Shown here piece after piece: positions 42,562 through 55,129 of a DNA stretch of 64,000 nt (position 1 is its first letter; each line of letters begins with the position of its first letter). This DNA comes from Octopus sinensis. Taxonomy: Eukaryota. The translations under genes and the position numbers were made by a program. Location: positions 24,242,001-24,306,000 of the forward strand of contig NC_043008.1 in NCBI RefSeq assembly GCF_006345805.1, given 5' to 3'. The notes beneath the pieces are model-generated. The model was not told the origin of the DNA. It was given only the letters and a program-made list of their open reading frames with translations, and searched no databases.

Positions 42562-42564
42562 ACG

Positions 42565-42598
<34 letters not shown>

Positions 42599-42666
42599 TA
42601 ATAATAATAATAATAATAATGATGATGATGATGATGATGATGAGGATGATGATGATGATGATGATG

Positions 42667-42726
<60 letters not shown>

Positions 42727-43041
42727 GTCTTTAGATTTGTGCTGAGATTTAACGTCTATGTATTGTGAAAATATGGTTGCGTGTAATTTTTATATTTTTT
42801 CTTTTATCTTTTCATACCAATTAGAATAACTTCCCTGTTATTCAACGATTTTTCATAGCGTCTATTGCCAGTAATAGCTGACGAGAATGCATCGTAGCTC
42901 TTCGCTCCGACATTCGGAATTCCGAATGATAACTTACTGCTTGTTCTAAATTATAATATACATAAGTAATCCTCTATTTATCTAATATCGAGGTCTCATT
43001 CTTTTGTTGTCACTTATTATCATTATCATTATTATTATTAC

Positions 43042-43099
<58 letters not shown>

Positions 43100-43168
43100 T
43101 TATTATTATTATCATCATCATTATCATCATCATCATCATCATCATCATCATTATTATTATTATTATTA

Positions 43169-43208
<40 letters not shown>

Positions 43209-44174
43209 TACTATTACTATTATTATTATTACTACTATTATTATTATTATTATTATTGTTATTATTATTATTATTATTAAAAATTTTTTTTTATTATATA
43301 TATATGCATGAACACACAGCAGATATATGTAATTATAAACGCGTGTGTATTTGTGCGTGAGTGTGTGAACTGAAAGTACGTAGCACTCAACACATTTAAT
43401 TTCAGTAAAATGCATGTGAGAACATTGTCTTCACTGTGTACTATGTAAAGTTTTGTGAACGTAGTACACGTCTAACTTATCACTTGTTTTGTGAGAGTGG
43501 AGAGAATTCAAAAGAAATTTAAAATGTCGTCTTGGTAATTAGGTTTCCATTGATTAGTTCAAATCATGTGTTGGCTGTTATTATTTTGTTGTTATGGTCA
43601 TGTGTTTCTTGTAGCGCAGACACGATTTTAGTAGACTTGCCGATATTCCACAGTTTGATATATTAAGAAACAGTAATTGTTTGAACTAGATACCCCATGT
43701 GTCAGCTTAGGCATGGTGTTGGTTGGCATCAGTCAGCCAATTAGTCATTACTGTGAAAGGTGTTTTACCTTAGCAGCGGCAGTGATTCTGTAGTGCAACC
43801 GATCATACGAATGATTTGCGCTTCAGCAAGCAAGATTTGTATTGCCTATCATTGTATGCCGGCCATCTAGTGTGAAGATGGTACGTCTGTATTATCAGCG
43901 GTCAAAGTTTGAAGCTTATTAACAAAGACTACCACTGGTTGCAACAATGACATAAGTATTTTTTCGTAATGATAGATATTGCTAACTGCAGTTTATCACG
44001 GATGCAATGCTGGCAGTTACGAAACTGCGGGAATTATCGAAACAACTTGCTTAACATCATATGCTGCATTCTGGACAGGGCACTTCGTTATTCACATTAT
44101 TATAATACAAATTCTTTTTCGACGAGCGAAATTTAGATGTATTAAAATTGTATTAAGTGTATGTATGACCTAAA

Positions 44175-44530
44175 ATTGCTTAACGGTATTTCGTCTGTCT
44201 TTATGTTCTGAGTTCAAATTCCGTCGAGCTCGACTTTGCCTTTCATCCTTTCGGGGTCGATTAAATAAGTACCAGTTACACACTGGGGTCGATGTATTCG
44301 ACTTAATCCGTTTGCCTGTCCTTGTTTGTCCCGTATGGGTTTAGCCCTTTGTGGGTAGTAAAGAAAATAGGTATTTCGTCTGTCATTATGTTCTGAGTTC
44401 AAATTCCGTAGAGGTCGACTCTGCCTTTCATCCTTTCGGGGTCGATAAATTAAGCACCAGTTGCATGCTGGAATTGATCTAATAACTGGCACCCTCCCAC
44501 AAAATTAAGGGACTTGTTCCTAGAGTAGAA
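44175..44530 (+). mobile_element. Two tandem partial SINE copies (13078 family)
   Basis: GGTATTTCGTCTGTC..GTTCTGAGTTCAAATTCCGT occurs at ~44186 and ~44370. Confidence 0.85.
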
Positions 44531-44571
44531 AAGAAAAGCATTTTCTTAGCATAGAAATACGTGCATATATA

Positions 44572-45037
44572 CAGGATGCGGTGAATATACTGTCGTCTAA
44601 ATTATGTAAAAAGGAAAATAACACTGACATCTCATTTTAACAGAAATATTTACCAAAATTACATTAAAATATCTTGGCTTCAATCACGGCCTGCCGACAA
44701 CTTCGGAAATTCCTGAAACTCTTCTGGGCGGTCTCCTTGTTTAAGTTGGTGAATGCTGCCATAATCCTTGTCTTAAGTTCATCTTTGGTGTTACAAGGAG
44801 TTTTTGCTCAACTGCGCCAGGCACGCAATGGGTTTGTAGTCTGGAGAGTAGGTGGCCAGATGTTAGGGGTGATCTGGTAGCAGAAATTGTCTGCTGCTTG
44901 TGTGACATTGTGCAGAGTCCTGTGGCCAGACATAAAGTTTTCCAGCAGCCATCCTCTTGACCCAGAGCAGCACTATCGCCTTCAAGCATTTTATGTAGGT
45001 GAAAAATATAAAATGGACACAATTTACCCATCTCACC

Positions 45038-45040
<3 letters not shown>
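44572..45040 (-). mobile_element. Internally deleted maT/mariner element with both TIRs
   Basis: Ends CAGGATGCGGTGAATATACTGTC and GACACAATTTACCCATCTCACCCTG, with TA on both sides. The minus strand gives PCNTKDELKTRIMAAFTNLNKETAQKSFRNFRSCRQAVIEA. Confidence 0.82.
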
Positions 45041-45085
<45 letters not shown>

Positions 45086-45095
45086 GTACATACAC

Positions 45096-45152
<57 letters not shown>

Positions 45153-45313
45153 CCAATTAAGGACTGAACACGAAAAGGTGGACAGTCAACATGCTAGATA
45201 TAGACGTCAAATCGCCATTCTCCACAAGGATTATGTTCTCAAATAAAAATAAAATTCAGCACGACCTAAAGCAATGGATGAGACAAAAGAAATATACTAA
45301 ATGGGATAATTAC

Positions 45314-45373
45314 CTACGTACTGCAGTTTCAGCTATTAATATCACAAGGATATCTGTAGCTTCATCAGCGTAG
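45314..45373 (-). ncRNA. Type I hammerhead ribozyme
   Basis: Minus strand: CTACG-CTGATGA-AGCTA...TAGCT-GAAA-CTGCAG-TA-CGTAG. Confidence 0.88.
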
Positions 45374-45662
45374 TTTGTTATGAGCATAATATGCTGTACT
45401 AGATGAAAAACGGTACCGGAGTCCCGCATGCAAAAAGTACAACCTATTACGTTCGGATGTATCTTTCGAATGCCTCTACTTTTGGCGCGCTGATAATCGA
45501 AAAACTAGCCTGCAGCCAATAATTAGCAGCAGTCAATTTATCGGTTTGAGAACATATATTTCATATTTAAAAATTAAGGGTAGAAATTGATATTAGTCAA
45601 TTAAAACCAGTGGTCTAGCACTTTATATACTTTATTTAAAGCAGCAGAAAATTCAACGAAAT

Positions 45663-45700
45663 CTGTTACTCTGAGTTTCTCGTTGCCGTTCATCAGACAG
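45663..45700 (-). ncRNA. Minimal type I hammerhead motif
   Basis: Minus strand: CTGT-CTGATGA-ACG gcaa CGA-GAAA-CTC a GAG-TA-ACAG. Confidence 0.78.
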
Positions 45701-46816
45701 TTTTTGCTAGAATGGAACCGATATATCAATTCAACCTAGACTCTTACAAACGCTACATCATTAAAAAAAAATGGACTTGTTTGATTGGCCCTTTAGAAAT
45801 AACGGTCAATCTTCGAGCGATAAACAGAAAAAGCTCAAAAATATATGTATATATATATAAAAAATTATAAAAATTATAAAATTCGAGGAAAAAACCTTAC
45901 ATTGAATAAAATACATATTGACGTTAATGAAGAAAATATAATTAATGCATAGAAATTAAAACTTATTATAAATATTACACTGCAATACATATTTATATTA
46001 AAGTGTACATATATATATCAACATACACAGAAGGATGCGTGCAAACGCCATACATATACAGACGTATAAATATAAATCTAAAATATAGACACAATGCATG
46101 CATACAAATATGCACGCAATCTATTTCGCACGCAAGTTAAAATCATCGATGTAGCGTTTCTCATTTACTGAGTAAAGCTTAAGTAAGGGGGACGTAAAGT
46201 TGTATCAGTATCAGTTAGAGGAAAAAAACGAAAGAAAGGAAGAGAGAGAAAAAGGAACGAAGAAGGGGGAGGAAAAAAGAAAAAGGAGGGGTGGTGGAAA
46301 AAAACGAAATAAGAAAAATTATGTAACAATCTGTGTAACCGCGTTATTGACATATATGGAGACAAGTATACAAATACACAAGTTCGAATGGATACATACA
46401 CATACAGTCGTGTATGTGTGTGCTTAAGCACAAACATACGCTCACTTACACATATACAGATACGCATGCTTACAAATACATATCCATGGCTATACACATA
46501 CTTATATCAAAATTCTAATTTTTGACAACATTGCTTTTTAAAAAAAGGTGAGTGCAATAATGAAAAAATATACGAAAGACATATAAAATATAACACCCTA
46601 TTTTGGATCATCTATAAATTAAAAATCAAGGTAATCCTATACAATAACATGAAATAAACAAAGCCGAAGGTTTTTCCTAATGTATATGTAGAAATATAAG
46701 ACTTTGCTATACGGAATGAAATCTGCATAGCGCGAAACAAATCCATCGTCGCGTTTACATACTAGTTCAAGAGTCAAAATCAAAATTTCAAAAATCAAAA
46801 ATACAAAATATATACT

Positions 46817-47905
46817 CTATCCATATGGTATATTTATATTTGACATTTTAAATTTGGTTGCGTGTCTACATAAGTTCATTAGCTCACTTCTTTGATTCAA
46901 AGAATTATTGTCTTTGAATAAAATGTACATTTTTTCTAATAGGCAAAGCTTGCATTTAAAATTATCTCTGTGTGCTCCATGCCTGTAAGGTGCCGCTCTG
47001 TCCAGAATGCTCCATGTCACGTTGAAAGGTGGGGTTTCCTTTTCTTTTAGTTCCCAGACATATTTTGCTAGGCTGGTCCTCTTCCTATTCTCTGGGTATT
47101 TAAATGAATTTTTATGTGAATAAAATCGTGTTTTAAATGAATTTTCTGAAGCCCCTGTGTATGTCTTGTATTCCGATGAGCCTTCTACTTGCACCTTGGC
47201 TCTATAAACTACTCCTTTCACTAGACATTTCCCTTCCAACGGACAGGAGTTTTCGTTTTTGAAATTGCATTTCTTAATGGGCTCGGCACCATGTCTAATC
47301 TCAATTAGATTCCTATTATGCTGGCTAATGTAAGAGGTGAAATTTCTGCAACAAGAATAGCTAACCTTCAGGGTTCTTCTGTTAAATATCTTATAGAACT
47401 TATGACCCTGCTTAAAATGTTTAGAGACTAATCTCAAAAATTGCTTACCTATATTAGTCTTTACGGCCAAATTGAAAGCCGGGTTGAACCACAAAACTTT
47501 CCTGGTCCTAGTTCTTCGTGCAACATTATTACCAGCATTAATCTGGTTGTACTGGATCTTCTCAGAGAATCCACTATTCTTTAATGCGCTATCGTAATAA
47601 GGTGCAGCATTATGGAATGCTGCCTCGTCCGAAGAAATTGAAGATATTCTTCTACCTACATTGCTGACTAAGTTCCTAAAGATAACTGGTGGATGGTTCG
47701 AATCTTTACTAATATACGATAGCTTTTCATTGGGCTTACGGAAAGGTTTAAATCTATCCGACCTTACATTAAAATTTACGTCTAAAAAATCTACACTATT
47801 CAGGTTAGCATCTATTGTAACCCGTAAGCCCATCCTTTGAAAGAAAGCAATAAGGTCCTTCCTATGTCTATCTGATTCATGGCCGTGACCACTCTTAAAT
47901 TTCAT
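46817..47905 (-). CDS. PLE polyprotein C-terminal part (thumb + GIY-YIG endonuclease), 5'-truncated
   Basis: Longest open PLE frame in the window, with the motifs listed above. The start is a truncation junction rather than a true initiation codon. Confidence 0.75.
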   Translation of the reverse strand: MKFKSGHGHESDRHRKDLIAFFQRMGLRVTIDANLNSVDFLDVNFNVRSDRFKPFRKPNEKLSYISKDSNHPPVIFRNLVSNVGRRISSISSDEAAFHNAAPYYDSALKNSGFSEKIQYNQINAGNNVARRTRTRKVLWFNPAFNLAVKTNIGKQFLRLVSKHFKQGHKFYKIFNRRTLKVSYSCCRNFTSYISQHNRNLIEIRHGAEPIKKCNFKNENSCPLEGKCLVKGVVYRAKVQVEGSSEYKTYTGASENSFKTRFYSHKNSFKYPENRKRTSLAKYVWELKEKETPPFNVTWSILDRAAPYRHGAHRDNFKCKLCLLEKMYILFKDNNSLNQRSELMNLCRHATKFKMSNINIPYG

Positions 47906-49110
47906 TTGTTAAACCTGCATCTATATATTTGTAGGTGGGGTTACTGCAGATCCCACATATACCATCTCCGCACTCTTTTACAAAGAATTCAGTTTTAGCT
48001 TCTGATGAGAATTTCGCCCTTGTTAGTTGTTTCTTCAGGTTTTTGTCTTGTCTACTGTTTTTTATGCAATATTTGTTTTTTATGTGTTCCATTTTGGGGC
48101 TTTGTAGGACTATTGGTCGGTTTGAATGTATGATTTGAAACATGTTGGTAACTCCAGGGTTGTGTGTGTTTATGAAAGGGATAATGTTTTCTTTGTTTTT
48201 CGTTTTGGATGTTCTGAGTTGTGCGATGTCCAGTTTCATTGCTCTTGTGATTCCATTTTTTATTAGTTTAAGGGGGTATTTTTGTTCTTGTAGGAAGTTT
48301 TTAAGTTCATCTAGTCTTATTTGGCGTGTGTGTGAGTCAGTTACTATGCTGCATATGCGTCTTGCCATACTATATGGGATGTTTCTTTTTATGTGGGATG
48401 GGTGGCAGGAGTAGAAATTTAAATATTGGTGTGTGTCGTTTTTTTTGTAGTGGATGTCTGGTGTGATGATGGAGTTGTGTATCTTGATGTTGATGTCTAG
48501 GAAGGGAAGTTCGTGGTGGCTGGTATCTATTGTGAAGTTGATAGATGGGTGCAGTGTGTTGAGGATGTTGTGGAATGTTCGTAGATCTTCTGATCTGTTC
48601 TAAAAGATGAAGCAGTCATCGAGGTAGTGTTTCCACTTTTTCTTGATGTCTTCTCTGAAGTCGTGTTTCCTTATTACATCGTATAGTTTGTTCTCAAGGA
48701 AACCTATCACCAAATTGGCATATGAAGGTGCGAATTTTGTACCCATAGCCGTGCCCTTTATCTGTCAGTATGTCTTGTTGGATGAGAATGTGTTTTCTTC
48801 AAGTATTAATTGGGTGGCTTGGGTGATAAAGTCTGTCTTGAAACGGTTTACTATGAGTTCCCTTTATTTTTCTACCGATTTTTTTTATCGCTTCTAGACC
48901 TAGGGTGTGTGGTATGTTCGTGTATAAGTTTGAGAAATCGAAGCTTGCAAGTATTGTGTTTTTCGGAATTGTATTTGGAATGTGTGTGAGGAAGTCTATG
49001 TCATCCCTTATGTAACTTGATATCTGTGGGCATAAAGGTTTGAGGAGTACATCAATGAAGTGGCTTAGTTGCTGTGTTGGCGCCTGGGGCCCTGCCACTA
49101 TTAGTCTCAT
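47906..49110 (-). mobile_element. Second Penelope-like family, disrupted RT core
   Basis: LIVAGPQAPT, SYIRDDIDFL, SFDFSNLYTNIPH, GTAMGTKFAPSYANL, YLDDCF, LPFLDI, SCHPSH and a CG...CGIC linker. Confidence 0.9.
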
Positions 49111-49267
49111 TGAATATATATATTTATACATATATACATACACACATTATATATATTATTATATAAATTATATATATATACATATATATATATATACATG
49201 TATACAAGCACAAGTAGATTCAAACGCACTCATGCTTACTACACATATCATAGTTCATTTATACATA

Positions 49268-49620
49268 CAGGGTGCAATGGGTAAATTGTCATCGTTTTAC
49301 ATTATTAATTTCGCGCATGCTCATCGTTTCGTTTTTATTTTGTCGTCTATACAGTATAATTGGGCACCATGACTCAATTCACTCTGCTAGAAATTTGGAA
49401 ACGATTTGCGGCACTGCTTGGCATTCACGCCGGAAGTGATAAAAATCCCGCCCTGAGTGAGAAAAATCGCGCTGAAATTGATAAAAAACAGGCAGAGAGA
49501 GATAAAAATCAAACATCCAGTCAGCATCCTGGTGTTTGGAGTGATCAGTAGTAATGGCGACATTATGTTTCTATTCATCCTCCACACAGCCTCACAATCA
49601 ACACGGAGGCCAACATCATA
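49268..49620 (+). mobile_element. maT/mariner 5' fragment
   Basis: TA followed by the TIR CAGGGTGCAATGGGTAAATTGTC, matching the 45040 end; KHPVSILVFGVISSNGDIM is transposase-like. Confidence 0.8.
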
Positions 49621-49704
49621 CGTGTGTATATATATATATATAGGCGCAGGGGTGACTGTGTGGTAAGTCGTAAGTAGCTTGCTTACCTAAGCGACCAATT
49701 TCCG

Positions 49705-51700
49705 CTTCAGTCATTTCTGAGTTTACCGTGCTACTAGTCAGATGTGTGTTGTCTTCGTGTTGCATTCGTCTTATATTGGATTACCTAACTGTGCCGTCCT
49801 TGTTGGATTACTGTTTGTCTTCTGGTGACTTTACGCGTTGAACTGTGTTACGCTTCCCCGTCGGGAAGGTAAGGCATTTATTATTTTACAAAAATTAAAA
49901 ACTTTTTCAAGCAGTGGTAGGCTTTTGTTTTGTCACGACTCCACGAAGGGGTGGCTGGTGCGGAATTTGAAACTGCATTTTTGTAGGTTTCCATTCAGGA
50001 AATTATAATTTTTGTGTGAAATACTATCTGAACATTTTTTGGCCATTATAGGCATATTTCTACTCCCCTCCTCAGTGGGGAAGTGTTTGAACAACTGCTT
50101 CTCAAAATAAAGTTATTTTATTAATATTGTCATCGTTAGAGGAAGTCCATTTTTTTGTATTTATTAATTTCGACCGAAGTATGTCGGTCGAAGTTATTAA
50201 AGAAAGATGTACGTTGGAGGATGAAGAAATTTGCACTGAAGGTGCTAATAAGTTTTTTGCTGCTGCTGTAGTGACGACAGAGTCGATTGGGATTTCAAAA
50301 GGAAAATTGAAGGAATACTTCAAAAGGATGAAGGAGGAGGACGGAGATATTAAAATAACACCCGCCTCCGACATCGAAACGGAAAGAAAAACGGTGCTGT
50401 TTAAAGCGTATTGCATAGAAAGCAAACACTTTAACCATTTCGAAAAAGAAATAAATAGAAAAATGCCTTATACTCTGGTGGAGGATGCCTTTCCTTCGTG
50501 TTAAACATTGCTTTTATCACCAGGGGCAAAACATATGCGTCCGTAGAGGTCCGATTTGAAACAGAAGAAATGGCCCACGGGTACCCTTGAAAACAAAGCA
50601 GATGGTACTTCTGTCAACATACATGAGGAGGCGCACTTCCAGTGTAAAAGTGACTGAAGTGCCGCCTGAAATAGACCCGAGGGAGGTGATGGCTGCTCTG
50701 TTATTCAACAGAGCAGAAAAAATAAAAGTTTTACAAATCACATGCTCTGTCCCTCAAAACTGGGTAGGACAAAACATTTCAGCCATCATCCAAAGGGCTG
50801 TGGAAGACATTGAAGCACTTCCAGATCGGGTGCTCGTGGGGTAGAACGTAGCCCTTCGAGTGCAGGTGGAGGGTAAAAAGCCCACCTGTTATGAATGTGG
50901 AAAGAAGGGACACATTCGGCTCCATTGTGAGGAGAGAAAGGAGGAGGAGAAATAAAAGGATGATAAACTTTTACAGATACCAGGCCCTACAATTGTGAAA
51001 ATAACCCCAATCCTACACACACACCAGCCCCTACAAAGACAAACATTCTCACTCATCCCTGTTGCGGTGCCAGCCTCCAAACACAAAAACAAATCGATCC
51101 AACCCCTGCAGACACAAACCTCTACGATAACAAGATCCCCCACCCCTTTGATATCTGAGGCACCCAGTGTAAAGAAAAAGACGACTCCCCCAGAAGACAC
51201 CATGGAGGTGTCCGAGGGGGAGTACACATTAGTTCGGAAACGGGCTCATGTGCCATCTCCACTCCCATCCCTCACAGGAAAAATAGCACTGCACCTCATG
51301 TTACAAGAAAGACCCCGCTCCATTACCTCAGAAGATAAAGAAGACACTGAAGTCTTAATTGAGTACAACACTAAAGACATGTATATGGACGAGATTGTCG
51401 TTAACCATTATCTCTCAGAACTTTTTCCCAAACACAGGGATTTAAATGAAAGATGTGCTTGTATAGGGGAAACCCTATACAAACAGTTAAAGGAAAGGCA
51501 TCCTGAAAACATCAGGAGTCTTGTGGCCCTGCCTGGGTACTTGAAGAGGGAAGTGAAGGAAAAAGCTGCCCTACGTGCGGTAAGGTCGGCCCCAACAGCA
51601 CCAGTCATGGGTAAGTAGAGCCCTTGCTGAGCCACGGAAAGAAAGCAAAGGTTATACTCTGGTGTAGGATGCCTTTCCTTCGTGTTAAACATTGCTTTTA
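49705..51700 (+). mobile_element. Tx1/L1-like LINE 5' UTR and disrupted gag-like ORF1
   Basis: ORF pieces at 50127-50504, 50587-50844 and 50995-51618, with the CCHC knuckle CYECGKKGHIRLHC at 50887-50928. No ORF2 follows. Confidence 0.65.
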
Positions 51701-51899
51701 GCTGCTGCTGCTGTTGCTGCTGCCATAACTACTGCTATTACCTCTGCCTCTGCTACTGCTGATAGTGATATTGCTGCTGATACTACAACTGCTGCTGCTG
51801 CTGCTGATGATGATGATGAATATTAGTGGTTGAAAATAAACATATAAAATAAACGTAGGCAAAAGAAAGAAAAATCTAATAATTTAACATTACTTGAAA

Positions 51900-54800
51900 A
51901 GGTAGTGGGTAGCGAACTTCTTCACTACTTCAGGGAGTGACGACCCTGCCTGACACGAGTTCCGGGCTCAGCTGGCTTCGGCTGACAGTACCCGGTATTG
52001 GTTAGCTACTGCCCACCTCAAGCTGGGCAGCCCCCAGTTAATAAGGTGCTGACCCGCCACAGGCCGCCTGCTCCATTGGGTGCTTGGAGCTAAGAGTATG
52101 ACTCGAAAAGCGGCCTGCAACCTCTGCACCAGGCAAGCAACTAAAAGTCAAGAAAACACCAGTTCTGCGGTTGGCAAGCTGGAATATCTGATGATCTTCT
52201 CAAGATTGAAGACACAAGGAAAACGGCCATCATTGACCGTGAACTAAAGAGGCTCAACATAGATATTGCTGGGCTGCAGGAGACAAGACTTCCCTCAAAC
52301 GGCAAACTCAAAGAGCAGGATTTCACCTTCTTTTGGCAGGGAAGCGATCCAGAAGAACCTCGTCAACATGGCGTTGGCTTTGCAGTGAGAAACTCTTTAC
52401 TCTCCTCAATAAAACAACCATCAGGAGGCACTGAGCGTATCCTCTCACTGCGCCTCTCGACTTCTTCTGGCTCAGTACATCTACTCAGCATCTATGCTCC
52501 CACTCTCTACAGCTCAGAGGAGACCAAGGACCAGTTCTACAAAGATCTCAACTGTGTCATAGAAAATATACCAACGACTGAAAATATCTACCTTCTAGGA
52601 GATTTTAACGCTCGCGTGGGATCTGACCATGATTCGTGGCCCATTTGTGTTGGACACTTTGGTATTGGCAACATGAATGACAATGGTCAGAGACTACTCG
52701 AATTCTGCACATACCACAACCTGTGTATCACAAACACATTCTTTACCAACAAGCCATCCCACAAGGCATCCTGGAGACATCCAAGATCTCACCACTGGCA
52801 TCAGCTGGATCTCATCATTACACGGAGATCCTTTCTGAATTCTACTCTATTGACCCGCAATTACCACAGCGCGGATTGTGACACAGCCACTCACTAATTA
52901 GAAGTAGGGTGAGGATTCTGCCTAAAAAAGTCCATCGCTCCAAGAAAGTGGGCCGACCACGCATCAACATCGCCAGAACCTCGGACTCTACACTGCGAAA
53001 ATGTTTTGCTGCTTCTATCAAGGTTGCCCTCAGTAGCTGCCCAACCTCTTCTGCTGAAAGTAGGTGGGACTATATCAGGGAAGCCTTGTATACGACATCA
53101 ATAGATACTTTTGGCATGAGAGAAAGGCAAAACCCAGATTGGTTCAATGCTGGGCTCTCAGAGCTGGAGCCAATTATCGAAGCAAAGCGTGCAGCTCTGA
53201 TGCAATACAAGAGTGACTCTTCTACAAAGTCACTCGAAGAACTCAGAGAGGCACGAAATAAAACCCAACTGACAGCCAGACGCTGTGCAAACAGGTATTG
53301 GCAGGAAATCTGTAAGAGTATCCAGTCAGCTGCTGACAGGGGCGACACCCGTGGGATGTATGCCGGTTTGAAGAAGGCCCTCGGTCCATCCGCAACCAAG
53401 TCAGCCCCTCTGAAATCAACTACTGGAGATCTCATCAGGGATCAAGGCAAGCAAATGGATTGATGGGTGGAGCACTACCAGGATCTCTACTCACGGGAGA
53501 CTACAGTGGTTGAGGCTGCAGTCGAGAGTGTCAAGATCTTGCCAGTCATGTGCGAACTTGACAGTCCGCCATCTATAGCAGAGCTCACCAAGGCTGTTGA
53601 CTCCCTGGCAAGAAATAAGGCTCCGGGAAAAGACGGCATCCTCTCAGGGATCATCAAAGCCGGCAAAAACACCATCCTGCTTCGGCGCCTTCATGAGCTT
53701 CTGTGTCAGTGCTGGGAAGAGGGTACAGTCCCTCAGGATATGCGGGATGCTAACATCATTACGCTTTACAAAAGCAAAGGTGACCGTGGTGATTGTAACA
53801 AATACTGTGGTATATCCCTTCTAAGCACTGTTGGAAAGACCTTTGCCCGCGTTATCCTGGCCAGGCTACAACTACTTGCTTCTCAAATCTATCCGGAATC
53901 GCAGTGTGGCTTTAGAAGAAGCAGATCAACTATCGATATGATATTCTCCATACGCCAACTTCAGGAGAAGTCCAGAGAGCAGAAAATGCCATTATATATG
54001 GCCTTCATTGATCTAACAAAGGCTTTTGACTCGGTAAGCAGAACAGGCCTCTTCATCCTGCTCCAAAAAATCGGATGTCCACCAAAGCTGCTGAGGATCA
54101 TCAAGTCTTTCCATGATGACATGCAAGGCACCATAGAGCACAACGGTTCAACAGCAGCCGCCTTCCAAATAAAAAACAGGGTAAAGCAAGGTTGTGTCCT
54201 CGCTCCTACATTGTTTGGCATCTTCTTCTCGCTCTTACTTTCACATGCCTTTCAGACATCAGATGATGGAGTGTTTCTGCACAGTAGAAGTGACGGGAAA
54301 CTGTTCAATCTCTCGCGCCTGCGTGTCAAGACCAAAATCAGAAACGTCCTGATCAAGGAGATGTTATTTGCTGATGATGCCGCTCTCCAAACGGGCTTGG
54401 GACAACAATAAGCTGACCAAGACCGCGAAAATGTAGATCTACCAGGCATGTGTACTCAGCACTCTACTGTATGGAAGTGAGACCTGGACGCTATACACAC
54501 GCCAAGAGCGTCGCCTAAACAACTTTCACCTGCACTGCCTCTGGATAATTCTCTGCATCAAATGGCAGAATCATATCCCCAACAAAAATGTCCTCAGGCA
54601 AGCAGGAATACCAAGCATGTTTGCACTCCTCACACAAAGACGTATGAGATGGCTTGGGCATGTTAGCCGTATGAAAGATGGCAGAATCCCCAAGGACGTA
54701 CTCTACGGAGAGCTTGCTAGGGGTACTAGGTCTGTGGGTAGACCGATCTTACGTTACAAGGATGTTTGCAAAAGGGACATGAAGGCCTGCAACATCAATA

Positions 54801-55100
54801 TTAGCGGTTGGGAGGCAGTTGCTGGCAACCGTGGAGAATGGCGACGTACCGTAAAAGAGGGAATACAAAGGAGTGACAGAGAGAGAGAGAGGAGAAATGG
54901 AAAGAAAAGAACAGACGTCAACAAGAAACTATGGCATTGCAACCAGCCAGGAACAGTCTTCGCTACATTTGCGGTACCTGCCAGAGGGAGTGTTTGTCCA
55001 GGATAGGACTACACAGCCACATCAGGAAATGTATCAGGACATGAAATATAAAAGACGGACTAGACTACTTTTATGCGCAACTCCATTGTCTCCAGGGACA
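51900..55100 (+). mobile_element. Near-full-length RTE-clade LINE (APE + RT), inactivated by stops, frameshifts and a deletion after FADD
   Basis: DIAGLQETR, IYAPT, GDFNARVG, HQLDLII, KAPGKDG, PESQCGFR, FIDLTKAFDSV, KQGCVLAPTLF, LFADDAAL and RWLGHV..M.DGRIPK..LYGEL. Confidence 0.95.
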
Positions 55101-55129
55101 GAAAGGATGCCAACCAACTATATATATAT

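Larger units (their letters stand above)
45150..47905 (-). mobile_element. Penelope-like element 3' half: RT thumb, GIY-YIG endonuclease and pseudo-LTR with hammerheads
   Basis: Open 362-aa ORF 46817-47905 with VDFLDVNF, SNHPP, WFNP, CPLEGKCL, VVYRA..TYTGAS..FKTRFYSH, CKLCLLEK and CRH. Confidence 0.92.

Noticed and set aside
43436-43469. Hairpin GTGTACTATGT/ACGTAGTACAC as a miRNA precursor
   Set aside because: The stem is only ~11 bp, too short for a pre-miRNA, and no mature sequence is recognised.
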